A stretch of 64,000 nt of DNA from assembly GCA_963777045.1 (NCBI GenBank), contig CAVZPD010000022.1, positions 79,591 through 143,590 on the forward strand, read 5' to 3'. Shown piece by piece: positions 56,564 through 64,000 of the stretch; position 1 is the stretch's first letter; each line of letters starts with the position of its first letter. The notes below the pieces were generated by a model that saw only the letters and a program-made list of their open reading frames with translations, was not told the DNA's origin and searched no databases. This DNA comes from an uncultured Chloroflexia bacterium (lineage in GTDB: Bacteria; Chloroflexota; Limnocylindria; QHBO01). The position numbers were made by a program, and so were the translations under genes.

Positions 56564-57799
56564 TCATGCGACGGCGCGGCGCTCCTTCGCGGCCCGCCGC
56601 TCCGCCGCCGCGGTCCAGCGCTGCAGCCGCCGCAACCGGGAGTCGACGCGCAGGCGAACCTTCGCCAGGTTGCCGATGTCGCCGCCGCGCCCGAGCGCGA
56701 AGGCCAGGTCGAGCACGCGTGCCGCGGCGACGGCAGCCTCGAGCGCGCCGCGCAGGTCCCCACGGTGCCGCTCGCGAATCCTCGCCACCTCGATCCAGGC
56801 CGCCGCGGCATCGGCCGATGCGCGTCGGGTGCCGCATGCCCAGATCGCCTCGGCCCGCTCCACGCGGCCGGTTGCGATCAGCAGGCGCGAGGCGACACGG
56901 CGCAGCGCATTGGCCTCGCTTGGATCGTTGGCGAGGTGCTGGGCCGACTCCACCAGTTCCAACGCATCGTCCACGGCCCCTGCGCGGAGCAGCTCGAGGG
57001 CCATGCCACGCGGATCGAGGACCCGTGCCTCGCGCCAGGCACCGGCTCGTAGCCGGAAGAGCTCGGCCTCGAGCAACGCCAGGCTGACGACATCCTGGAA
57101 GTTGTGGTCGAGAACCTCCGCCAGGATGTCGGGCGATCCACCGCGCAGGTAGCCGAAGTAGCGCAGCGGCACTTCACTGCCGGGACAATCGGAGGTGCGC
57201 CGGACGCCGAGCACGCCGGATTCAACGTCCGACAGGCGTGCGCCGCCGAGCGGGCGCCGGAAGAGGCGCCGCGCATCGGGGAGCAGGTCGTCGTGCTGTT
57301 CGGGAAGACTCGCCTGCTCGCGGAAGAGGCCATGGAACGTCAGTCGAGCGGCGAGCATCGGCATATCGAAGGTCCGGCCGTTGTAGGTCACCAGGCGGGA
57401 GAACCTCGCCAGGTCGGCTACCAGGGCCCGCAGCAGCGCCGGCTCGTGTGGGTAGTCGGGCAGCAGGAACTGGCGAACGATGACCTGGGCGCCCTCCATC
57501 CTCGCCACGCCGGCGAGGAAGATGACCGTACCCGCGCCGGTGGAGAGCCCGGTCGTCTCCGTGTCGAAGTAGGCGGCGCCCGGACGGCTGGCGAGGGCCC
57601 GGCCAACGGCTTCGGGCAGGCGGGTACGCCGCTCGACCACCAGGGCGGTCCCGCCCTCGACCACCTCGGTCCGGGCGTCGAACCAGCGTGCGAGCGTGCC
57701 GAGCCGGTCGGGCTCGACCGGTGAACGCGGCGCGAGCACGGCGTTCTGCGCAGCGCGGACCGCGGCAAGGCGATCGGCGAGCGTGCGCTGTCCGAGCAC
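56564..57799 (-). CDS. RNase-H-like (DEDD) exonuclease domain protein with C-terminal helical/TPR-like region (YprB/MrfB-like)
   Basis: Exo motif I is in AYFDTETTGLS, with RNase-H-like fold conservation (LVTYNGRTFDMPML). The C-terminal Ala/Leu/Arg-rich helical repeats follow. Immediately downstream of, and separated by 1 nt from, the DUF1998 helicase. Confidence 0.6.
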   Translation of the reverse strand: MLGQRTLADRLAAVRAAQNAVLAPRSPVEPDRLGTLARWFDARTEVVEGGTALVVERRTRLPEAVGRALASRPGAAYFDTETTGLSTGAGTVIFLAGVARMEGAQVIVRQFLLPDYPHEPALLRALVADLARFSRLVTYNGRTFDMPMLAARLTFHGLFREQASLPEQHDDLLPDARRLFRRPLGGARLSDVESGVLGVRRTSDCPGSEVPLRYFGYLRGGSPDILAEVLDHNFQDVVSLALLEAELFRLRAGAWREARVLDPRGMALELLRAGAVDDALELVESAQHLANDPSEANALRRVASRLLIATGRVERAEAIWACGTRRASADAAAAWIEVARIRERHRGDLRGALEAAVAAARVLDLAFALGRGGDIGNLAKVRLRVDSRLRRLQRWTAAAERRAAKERRAVA

Positions 57800-57800
57800 C

Positions 57801-60083
57801 TCAGCTCATCCCCGCCAGCAGCTCGGCCACGGTCTGCTTGCCGCGCCGGCCGACCTCGATGGCGGGACCGACGCAGGCGGGGCAACCGTCGACGCAGGGG
57901 CAGGAAGCGATCGCCTTGCGGCAGGCGTCGAGGAGGTCGTCGACCAGGCCGAAGAGGCGTTCGGTCAGGCCCACCCCGCCGGGGACTGTGTCGTACAGGT
58001 AGAGGGTCGGGCGGCCGGTGAACGGTGCCTGGACCTGGGCCAGCACGCCGATATCGCGTGGATCCGACATGAGCAGCAGCGCGGCGGTGGTCTGGGCGAT
58101 GCGGGCCAGGCCGATCAGCGCGCCATCCAGCGTGTCGCGGTCGTAGCGGTTCACCAGGTCGGCCGGTGGCACGAGCCAGGTGGCGGTGGTGTGCATCTCC
58201 TGCTCGGGCAGGCTGATCGAGCCCCAGCCCACGTTCTCGTGGGTGTGGTACTTGAGCTTCTTGAACATGGTCACCTTCCAGGCGACCATCACCTCGCCGC
58301 GCTGGCGCAGCCCGGCGGGCTGCGCATCGGCCTCGTCGAAGACCTCGAGCACCTTCAGCGTCACGCCGAGGTCGGCATCGGTGTAGTAGTCGACGTCGGT
58401 CCGCGTGACGTAGGCCTTGCGCTCCTCCCAGTCGAGCCGGTCGACGTGGTGCTGGACGCCCTGGTGGATGTAGATCGCCTTCTCGTGGACGAGCAGCGGA
58501 GCGGCGAACAGGTCGACCTCGCCGAGCACTCGGTGCCGATCCCCGGAGGTGTCGATGATGACCACGTTCTCGGGAGCGCCGGTTCGGAGGCTGAAGCTGC
58601 TGGCCGGGAAGTTCTCGTGGCTCCAGTAGTAGCGGTCGTCCTCGGCGCGCCGGAGGTAGCCGTCCTCCTGGAGGACGTCGAGCAGCATGGGCGTCTCCTC
58701 GACCCCGAAGCGCTGGCTCCCCGGCACCGGCAGCTCGAAGCTGGTGGCGCGGAGGTGGTTCATCAGCACGTAGAGGTTGTCGGGATTGATGAGCCCGTGC
58801 TCCGGCGAGCTGTCGAACAGGTAGTCGGGATGTGCCGCCAGGAACTGGTCCACCGGCGCCGATGAGCAGACGAGGGCGGAGATGCTCGTTCCGTTGCGGC
58901 GGCCGGCCCGTCCCATCTGCTGCCAGGTCGAGGCGATGGTGCCCGGGTAACCGATGCTGATGGCCGCATCGAGGCTGCCGATGTCGATGCCGAGCTCGAG
59001 CGCGTTGGTGGCGACCACGCCTCGCACCCGCCCGTCCCGCAGTCCGGCCTCGATCGCGTGTCGCTCGTTGGGCAGGTAGCCGCCGCGATAGCCGCGGATG
59101 GTGTGCGGTTGACCGGGCGCGGGAGCGAACGTTTCGCGCAGGTAGCTGGTCAGCACCTCCACCGAGGTACGCGAGCGCGCGAAGGCGATTGTCTGCACGC
59201 CGCCGCCGATGAGCCGCTCCGCGAGACGCTGCCCGGTGAGCAGCGCAGAGCCGCGGATGCCGAGCTCCTCGTTCGCGACTGGCGGGTTGATGACCAGGAC
59301 GTGCCGACGGCCGGAGGGTGCACCGTTGTCGTCGACCAGCTCGACCGGGGCTTCCACGATGCGCTCGGCGAGCTCCCGAGGGTTGGCGATGGTGGCGCTG
59401 GCGCAGATGAAGACCGGACTGGCGCCGTAGTGCTCGCAGATGCGGCGCAGTCGCCGGATGACGTTGGCGACGTGGCTGCCGAAGAGACCGCGGTAGGTGT
59501 GGAGCTCGTCGATCACCACGTAGCGCAGGTTCTCGAAGAGCTTGAACCACTTGGTGTGGTGGGGGAGGATGGCCGAGTGGAGCATGTCCGGGTTGGTGAT
59601 GACCACCTGCCCCGCGGCTCGAACCACGCTGCGGATGTTCGCCGGCGTGTCGCCGTCGTAGGTGTGGGTCTTGAGCCCGAGCTCGGCTGCCTCTGCCAGG
59701 GCGCGCAGCTCCACCAGCTGGTCGGCGGCGAGCGCCTTGGTGGGGAAGAGGTAGAGGGCCCGGGCTGCCTCGTCCTTCGCGATCGCATCCAGGACCGGCA
59801 GGTTGTAGCAGAGCGTCTTGCCGGAGGCGGTTGGCGTCACGACGACCGCGTTGCGGCCTCCCGCGATCGCCTCGTAGGCGGCGGCCTGGTGCGTGTAGGG
59901 AGCTTCGATCCCACGTCGTCGGAGCGCATCGACCAGCCGGGCATCCACCGGACCGGGCCAGGGGACGTGGCGCGGAGGCCGCGGCTCGATCTGGCGGTGC
60001 GCTCGGATGAGCGGGCTGAACTCGCCGCTGGCGAGCAGGGCTGCAATCGCCTCTTCGGCGCTGCCTGGCGGGGCGCTCAGCAT
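57801..60083 (-). CDS. DEAD/DEAH-box helicase with C-terminal DUF1998 Cys4 zinc module (YprA/MrfA-like)
   Basis: Motif I is VVTPTASGKTLCY, motif II is VVIDELHTY, and the helicase C domain is present (RGYRGGYLPNERHAIE). The C-terminal CPCVDGCPACVG tetra-Cys motif is typical of DUF1998. Confidence 0.8.
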   Translation of the reverse strand: MLSAPPGSAEEAIAALLASGEFSPLIRAHRQIEPRPPRHVPWPGPVDARLVDALRRRGIEAPYTHQAAAYEAIAGGRNAVVVTPTASGKTLCYNLPVLDAIAKDEAARALYLFPTKALAADQLVELRALAEAAELGLKTHTYDGDTPANIRSVVRAAGQVVITNPDMLHSAILPHHTKWFKLFENLRYVVIDELHTYRGLFGSHVANVIRRLRRICEHYGASPVFICASATIANPRELAERIVEAPVELVDDNGAPSGRRHVLVINPPVANEELGIRGSALLTGQRLAERLIGGGVQTIAFARSRTSVEVLTSYLRETFAPAPGQPHTIRGYRGGYLPNERHAIEAGLRDGRVRGVVATNALELGIDIGSLDAAISIGYPGTIASTWQQMGRAGRRNGTSISALVCSSAPVDQFLAAHPDYLFDSSPEHGLINPDNLYVLMNHLRATSFELPVPGSQRFGVEETPMLLDVLQEDGYLRRAEDDRYYWSHENFPASSFSLRTGAPENVVIIDTSGDRHRVLGEVDLFAAPLLVHEKAIYIHQGVQHHVDRLDWEERKAYVTRTDVDYYTDADLGVTLKVLEVFDEADAQPAGLRQRGEVMVAWKVTMFKKLKYHTHENVGWGSISLPEQEMHTTATWLVPPADLVNRYDRDTLDGALIGLARIAQTTAALLLMSDPRDIGVLAQVQAPFTGRPTLYLYDTVPGGVGLTERLFGLVDDLLDACRKAIASCPCVDGCPACVGPAIEVGRRGKQTVAELLAGMS

Positions 60084-60281
60084 CGGCTCCTCCTGGGTCG
60101 CTTGGAATTAGAACAACCGTTCGATAGTGGAGGTGGACGGTAGCACACCAGGCGCCATCGTTACTGCGTGGCGCGACAGCTCGAGTGTCGCGGCCGCCGG
60201 CCGTGGGAAGGGTCCGAGAGGCCCGCCGGAGGAGGGCGATTGGCCCTAGGGTATTGCCACGCGCACCGGGAGGATGGGCCG

Positions 60282-61055
60282 ATGGAGGCGCCACGCGGCA
60301 ACGTCGCCCCCGCGCCCGCGCGCCGGGGCCTCTTCGGGTTCCTGCGCCCTCGGGAGCTGCCGGATCCCCGTGCGCCGCACGAAACCCGCGTCAACACGAT
60401 TCTCCGTCCGGTGGTCTTCGGGGCCAACGACGGCCTCGTGTCGAACCTGGCGCTGGTGATGGGCGTCGCCGGCGCGGCCGCGGAGCCCGGCGTCATCGTG
60501 CTGGCCGGCATTGCCGGACTCCTCGCCGGAGCCTTCAGCATGGGCGTGGGCGAGTACATCTCGGTACAGAGCCAACGCGAGCTGCTCGAGTACCAGCTGC
60601 GCTTCCAGCGCCACCAGCTGGAGACCGTTCCGGACCAGGAGCGGCGCATCCTGGCCGACATCTATCGCGAGCGCGGCCTCAGCCAGCCGGAGGCGGAGCA
60701 CTTCGCGGAGTCGATCTTCGAAGACTTCGAGTCGGCCACGCGGCTGCTCATCTTCGAGGAGGTCGGACTCGACGAGCGGTCGATCGGGTCCGCGTGGTCG
60801 GCCGCCTTCGGCTCGTTTGGCGCCTTCACCGTCGGTGCGGCCATCCCCCTGGTCCCGTACCTGCTGGCCAGCGGTGCACCGGCCTTCTTCAGCAGCCTCG
60901 CCTTCAGCCTCCTCGCGCTGTTTGCGCTGGGCCTGGGGATCAGCCAGCTCACCCGCCGGGCACCGCTGCCGACGGCGGTGCGCCAGCTGCTGCTTGGCGG
61001 CGTTGCCGCCGCCGTGACGTACGCGGTCGGCTCGGCCATCGGCATCGGCGCCTGA
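60282..61055 (+). CDS. VIT1/CCC1-family iron/manganese transporter
   Basis: M39 of the track ORF, with gggagg 8 nt upstream. The signature FGANDGLVSNLALVMGVAGA and the ferritin-like cytoplasmic helix region are present. It has 5 TM helices. Confidence 0.8.
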   Translation: MEAPRGNVAPAPARRGLFGFLRPRELPDPRAPHETRVNTILRPVVFGANDGLVSNLALVMGVAGAAAEPGVIVLAGIAGLLAGAFSMGVGEYISVQSQRELLEYQLRFQRHQLETVPDQERRILADIYRERGLSQPEAEHFAESIFEDFESATRLLIFEEVGLDERSIGSAWSAAFGSFGAFTVGAAIPLVPYLLASGAPAFFSSLAFSLLALFALGLGISQLTRRAPLPTAVRQLLLGGVAAAVTYAVGSAIGIGA

Positions 61056-61125
61056 CGCGGTGCTGTGGACAAACCGCCGCTTTGGCTTGCGGTGTGGAAA
61101 ACTCGGCGACTAGACTGGCCGGCAG

Positions 61126-61557
61126 ATGACGAGCGCCCGCGCTTCCACCTCCCGATCACGCCCGCCTGACCCAGGGTTGCGCGTTTCGCTGCCGACATCG
61201 CGCGGCGGATTGGCGTGGCTGCTGGTGTTGCTGGTGGTGGGGACCTTCCTGGCCTTCCAGGTCGGGCGCCAGGTGTACGCGTCCTGGTCGATCAACCAGC
61301 AGGCTGATGCGTATCGAGCCCAGATCCTGGCGCTCGAGGACGAGAACGCCGCCTACCAGCGCGAGCTGGCCTACCTGCAGTCGGACGCGTTCGTCTCCGC
61401 CGAGGCCCGCCGCATCAAGAACATCGGCCTGCCCGGTGAGCAGGTGCTCATCATCCCGCCCGGCAGCGCGGTTGAGCCGCCGCCGGCCCAGACCGAGTCG
61501 CCCCAGGCACCTCCGCCCCCCGTCTTCCAGTGGCTGGAGCTCTTCTTCGGTCGCTGA
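61126..61557 (+). CDS. septum formation initiator family protein (FtsB/DivIC-like)
   Basis: N-terminal TM helix (LAWLLVLLVVGTFLAFQV), then a coiled coil (QQADAYRAQILALEDENAAYQRELAYLQ) and a Pro-rich tail. Confidence 0.6.
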   Translation: MTSARASTSRSRPPDPGLRVSLPTSRGGLAWLLVLLVVGTFLAFQVGRQVYASWSINQQADAYRAQILALEDENAAYQRELAYLQSDAFVSAEARRIKNIGLPGEQVLIIPPGSAVEPPPAQTESPQAPPPPVFQWLELFFGR

Positions 61558-61611
61558 CCTGGTGGGGAGGGACCGAGTGACGCTGGCCCGCCGCTTGCCT
61601 GCCGTCCCGGC

Positions 61612-62349
61612 ATGGAACGCGGAGAGGTGCACATCGGCTGTTCAGGCTGGCAGTATCGACACTGGCGCGGTGACTTCTACCCGCGCGACCTGCCACAGGA
61701 TCGGTGGCTCGAGTACTACGCGGCGCGCTTCGAGACGGTCGAGGTCAACAACAGCTTCTACCGGCTGCCCGAATCCGATGTCTTCGCGGGGTGGGCTCGC
61801 CGCTCCCCGAGCGGCTTCATCGTGGCCGTCAAGGCGAGCCGCTACCTGACACACCTGAAGCGGCTGCGTGACCCTGCAGAGCCGTTGGCTCGCCTCTGGT
61901 CACGGGCAGTCCGGCTCGGCGCGCACCTGGGTCCGATGCTCTACCAGCTGCCGCCACGATGGCACCGCGATGCGGAGCGGCTGGCCGACTTCGCCCGCGC
62001 GGCACCGGCCGGTCGCCGGCAGGCGATCGAGTTCCGCGACGCCTCCTGGTATGACCCGGCCACCTACACGATCCTCGAACGTCACGGGCTGGCGCTCTGC
62101 CTGCACGACATGGCCGGCTCCGCCAGTTCGCGGCACCCGATGGGCCCCTTCGTCTACCTGCGCTTCCACGGCTCGGGGCCGCGGTACAGCGGCGGCTACT
62201 CGCCGCAGCTGCTGACCGCCTGGGCCGAACGACTGGCCGGATGGGCGCACGAGGGACGGGATTGCTACGCCTACTTCAACAACGACGTTGGCGGCCACGC
62301 CGTGCGCGACGCGGATCGCCTGCGCCGCTTCGTCGAGCGGCGCCTCTGA
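61612..62349 (+). CDS. DUF72 family protein
   Basis: N-terminal HIGCSGWQYRHWRGDFYP, then FETVEVNNSFYR and RLPHGLALCLHD-type blocks characteristic of DUF72. Confidence 0.82.
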   Translation: MERGEVHIGCSGWQYRHWRGDFYPRDLPQDRWLEYYAARFETVEVNNSFYRLPESDVFAGWARRSPSGFIVAVKASRYLTHLKRLRDPAEPLARLWSRAVRLGAHLGPMLYQLPPRWHRDAERLADFARAAPAGRRQAIEFRDASWYDPATYTILERHGLALCLHDMAGSASSRHPMGPFVYLRFHGSGPRYSGGYSPQLLTAWAERLAGWAHEGRDCYAYFNNDVGGHAVRDADRLRRFVERRL

Positions 62350-62409
62350 GCGCCGGCGCGACGTGCGATCCTTCGCCTCCATTCCAGTGCCACAGGAGGC
62401 GTCCACCTC

Positions 62410-62904
62410 GTGCCCGAGCTCTATCCCTGGATCCTGTTCCTCCACGTCATGGCCGCGATCGTCGCGTTCGGCCCGACCTTCGCGTTCTCGATCATCGGGG
62501 CCATGGGGGGCAAGGAGCGGGAGCATGCCCACTTCGCGAATCGCGTCAGCCAGCGCATCGGCCACATCCTGGTCGAGCCGTTCGCGGTCAGCATGCTGGT
62601 CACCGGCGCGCTGCTGATCTGGCTGGGTGAGATCCCGCTCTTCGAGGCGGATGCTCGCTGGCTGCTGCTGGCGATCGTCCTCTACGTCGTCGCGCTGCTG
62701 CTCTCGTTCCTCGTCTCACAGCCGAACGTGCGCCGCATCATCGCCCTGCAATCGGCCGCCGGATCGGGCGGGAATCCCGGTGGACCGCCTCCAGGGGAGA
62801 TGCTGCGGGCGATCGGCATCGTCCAGCGCACGGGCATGGCGCTGACGCTGCTGATCGTGATCATCGTCTTCCTGATGGTCGTGAAGCCGCACCTGGGCTT
62901 CTAG
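62410..62904 (+). CDS. DUF2269-like integral membrane protein
   Basis: 164 aa with 4 TM helices. The N-terminus is LYPWILFLHVMAAIVAFGP. Confidence 0.5.
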   Translation: MPELYPWILFLHVMAAIVAFGPTFAFSIIGAMGGKEREHAHFANRVSQRIGHILVEPFAVSMLVTGALLIWLGEIPLFEADARWLLLAIVLYVVALLLSFLVSQPNVRRIIALQSAAGSGGNPGGPPPGEMLRAIGIVQRTGMALTLLIVIIVFLMVVKPHLGF

Positions 62905-62905
62905 G

Positions 62906-64000
62906 TCACCCGGCCGCCGTCTCGCGCCCGGTGGCCGGTGCCGCCGCTTCGCGCCACGCGGTCCTGGCGAAGGCAACCCAGCCGATGCCGGCGATCACGA
63001 CCAGCAGGACCATGGTCCAGACGGCCGCGGCGGGCGCGACCGCGTCGGCGAGGAAGCCGGCTGCCAGCGTGGATACGGTGATCGCCAGGGTCACGAGGCC
63101 GTAGTCGAAGCTGAAGAGGCGGCCCCGGATCGCGTCCGGCGTCGCACGCTGCAGCCCGAGGGTGGAGAGCGTCCACTGCGCGCCGCCGCCGCAGTGCGCG
63201 CCGAAGACGAGCAGCGCCGCGACCCACAGCGCCGGCGAGAGCGGGAAGAGCGCATAGCACGCGGCCACCGCCGCCAGGGAGACGCCGATTCCCTTCAGCA
63301 GGCCGCGATCGTGCGTGCCCATCAGTCCTCGCGCCACGAAGGGTCCGGCCAGCGCCCCGGCTCCCCGCGCCGCGAAGAGGAGGCCGATACCGGCGTCGCC
63401 GGCGTGGAAGACGCGAGTGCCGAAGACGGCGAGCAGTGCCACGACGCCGGTGCCGACGCCGAACGTCGTCTTCGAGAGCAGGAACGAGGCGACGAGTCGG
63501 CTGTTGCGCGCGAAGCGCAGTGCCACCCGGACCGACTCCAGGATGCCGGTGTGATGGCCTGCTGTGCCGCCGCGCACCTCCTGCAACGGACGCCGGATCC
63601 CGTACACGAGCGCCGCCGATCCGGCGAAGGAGACCGCGTTCAGCACGAACGCCATGTCCCTGCCCAGCGTCACCGCCACCAGGCCCCCGAGGCCAGCGCC
63701 GACCGCCAGCATGGTTCCCCACGCCGAGCCGATGAGGACGTTGGCCTCCGGCAGGCGGTGGCGCTCGACCAGGTTCGGCAGGGCGGCGCTCGACGTCGGC
63801 TCGAAGACCGCGGCACCCACCGCCAGCAGCGCCACGCAGGCGAGGGCGATCCAGAGCGTATCGGCGTCCCTGGCCAGCAGGAAGCCCAGCGCGACCGGGA
63901 CGCGCGCCACATCGGCCGCGATGAGGAGGCGTCGGCGGTCCACCCGGTCGGCGAGGATGCCGGCAATCGGTGAGGCAATGGCGAAGCCGCCGGTCTGCAG
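62906..64000 (-). CDS. MFS transporter (partial; N-terminus beyond window end)
   Basis: Minus-strand frame with MFS topology (>=10 TM) and typical loops (GRLADRVDRRRLLI...). The reading frame is still open at the window edge. Stop at 62906-62908. Confidence 0.7.
   Translation of the reverse strand: MQTGGFAIASPIAGILADRVDRRRLLIAADVARVPVALGFLLARDADTLWIALACVALLAVGAAVFEPTSSAALPNLVERHRLPEANVLIGSAWGTMLAVGAGLGGLVAVTLGRDMAFVLNAVSFAGSAALVYGIRRPLQEVRGGTAGHHTGILESVRVALRFARNSRLVASFLLSKTTFGVGTGVVALLAVFGTRVFHAGDAGIGLLFAARGAGALAGPFVARGLMGTHDRGLLKGIGVSLAAVAACYALFPLSPALWVAALLVFGAHCGGGAQWTLSTLGLQRATPDAIRGRLFSFDYGLVTLAITVSTLAAGFLADAVAPAAAVWTMVLLVVIAGIGWVAFARTAWREAAAPATGRETAAG

Noticed and set aside
60084-60281. 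yybP-ykoY-type Mn2+ riboswitch in the ~200-nt leader of the VIT1/CCC1 transporter
   Set aside because: I looked for the conserved GGGGAGUAG / GUCAUA-type loops and found only weak resemblance (ggacggtagc). Not called; an Rfam scan would settle it.
57418-60294. 958-aa minus-strand ORF
   Set aside because: Out-of-frame overlap of the mrfA-like helicase gene. Arg/Pro/Gly-rich with no helicase motifs, whereas the 760-aa frame has motifs I, II and DUF1998.

Overview
Very high-GC (about 70%) window dominated by chromosomal core genes, with no mobile element, integrase, prophage or CRISPR array. Because of the GC content, most long alternative-frame ORFs in the track are Arg/Pro-rich artifacts; I resolved them using protein-family signatures, third-position GC and start/stop coupling. 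The gene content points to a Terrabacteria-type organism, most likely Actinobacteriota-like or Chloroflexota/Dormibacterota-like. Supporting genes: tig-clpP-clpX, valS, fhaA-fhaB-rodA-pbpA, holin-X/DUF3618, a DUF2342 metalloprotease and SLH domains. Two tRNAs were found by eye: tRNA-Lys(CTT) on the minus strand at ~13253-13327 and tRNA-Leu(TAG) on the plus strand at ~17517-17600. The most unusual locus is at the left end, 0.4-9.7 kb. It is a cyanophycin cluster in a non-cyanobacterial high-GC genome. It holds a full-length cyanophycin synthetase cphA translationally coupled to cyanophycinase cphB. Convergent on cphA, with stops overlapping at a palindromic CTAG, is a second CphA-like gene encoding only the N domain fused directly to the Mur-ligase-like M domain, with no ATP-grasp G domain. 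An M20 peptidase sits divergent from this gene, and a J-domain protein and an orphan histidine kinase lie divergent from cphB. As far as I know the N-M didomain architecture is undescribed. Other items worth a second look: a ribokinase-family kinase fused to a metallophosphoesterase; two orphan receiver-ParA/MinD-like (CpaE/TadZ-like) ATPases, each beside cell-wall genes; a zinc-ribbon/CpaE-like/FmdB/acidic-repeat cluster immediately upstream of an fhaA-fhaB-rodA-pbpA operon that lacks pknAB/pstP; a MoxR-DUF58-transglutaminase triad; an MrfA/MrfB-like helicase-exonuclease pair; a single-chain UvrD-helicase/Fe-S PD-(D/E)xK nuclease; and an SLH-anchored secreted FAD oxidoreductase whose signal peptide is lost at the track's GTG start. 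Coordinates refined by residue arithmetic from the ORF track are reliable. tRNA coordinates counted by eye may be off by +-1.
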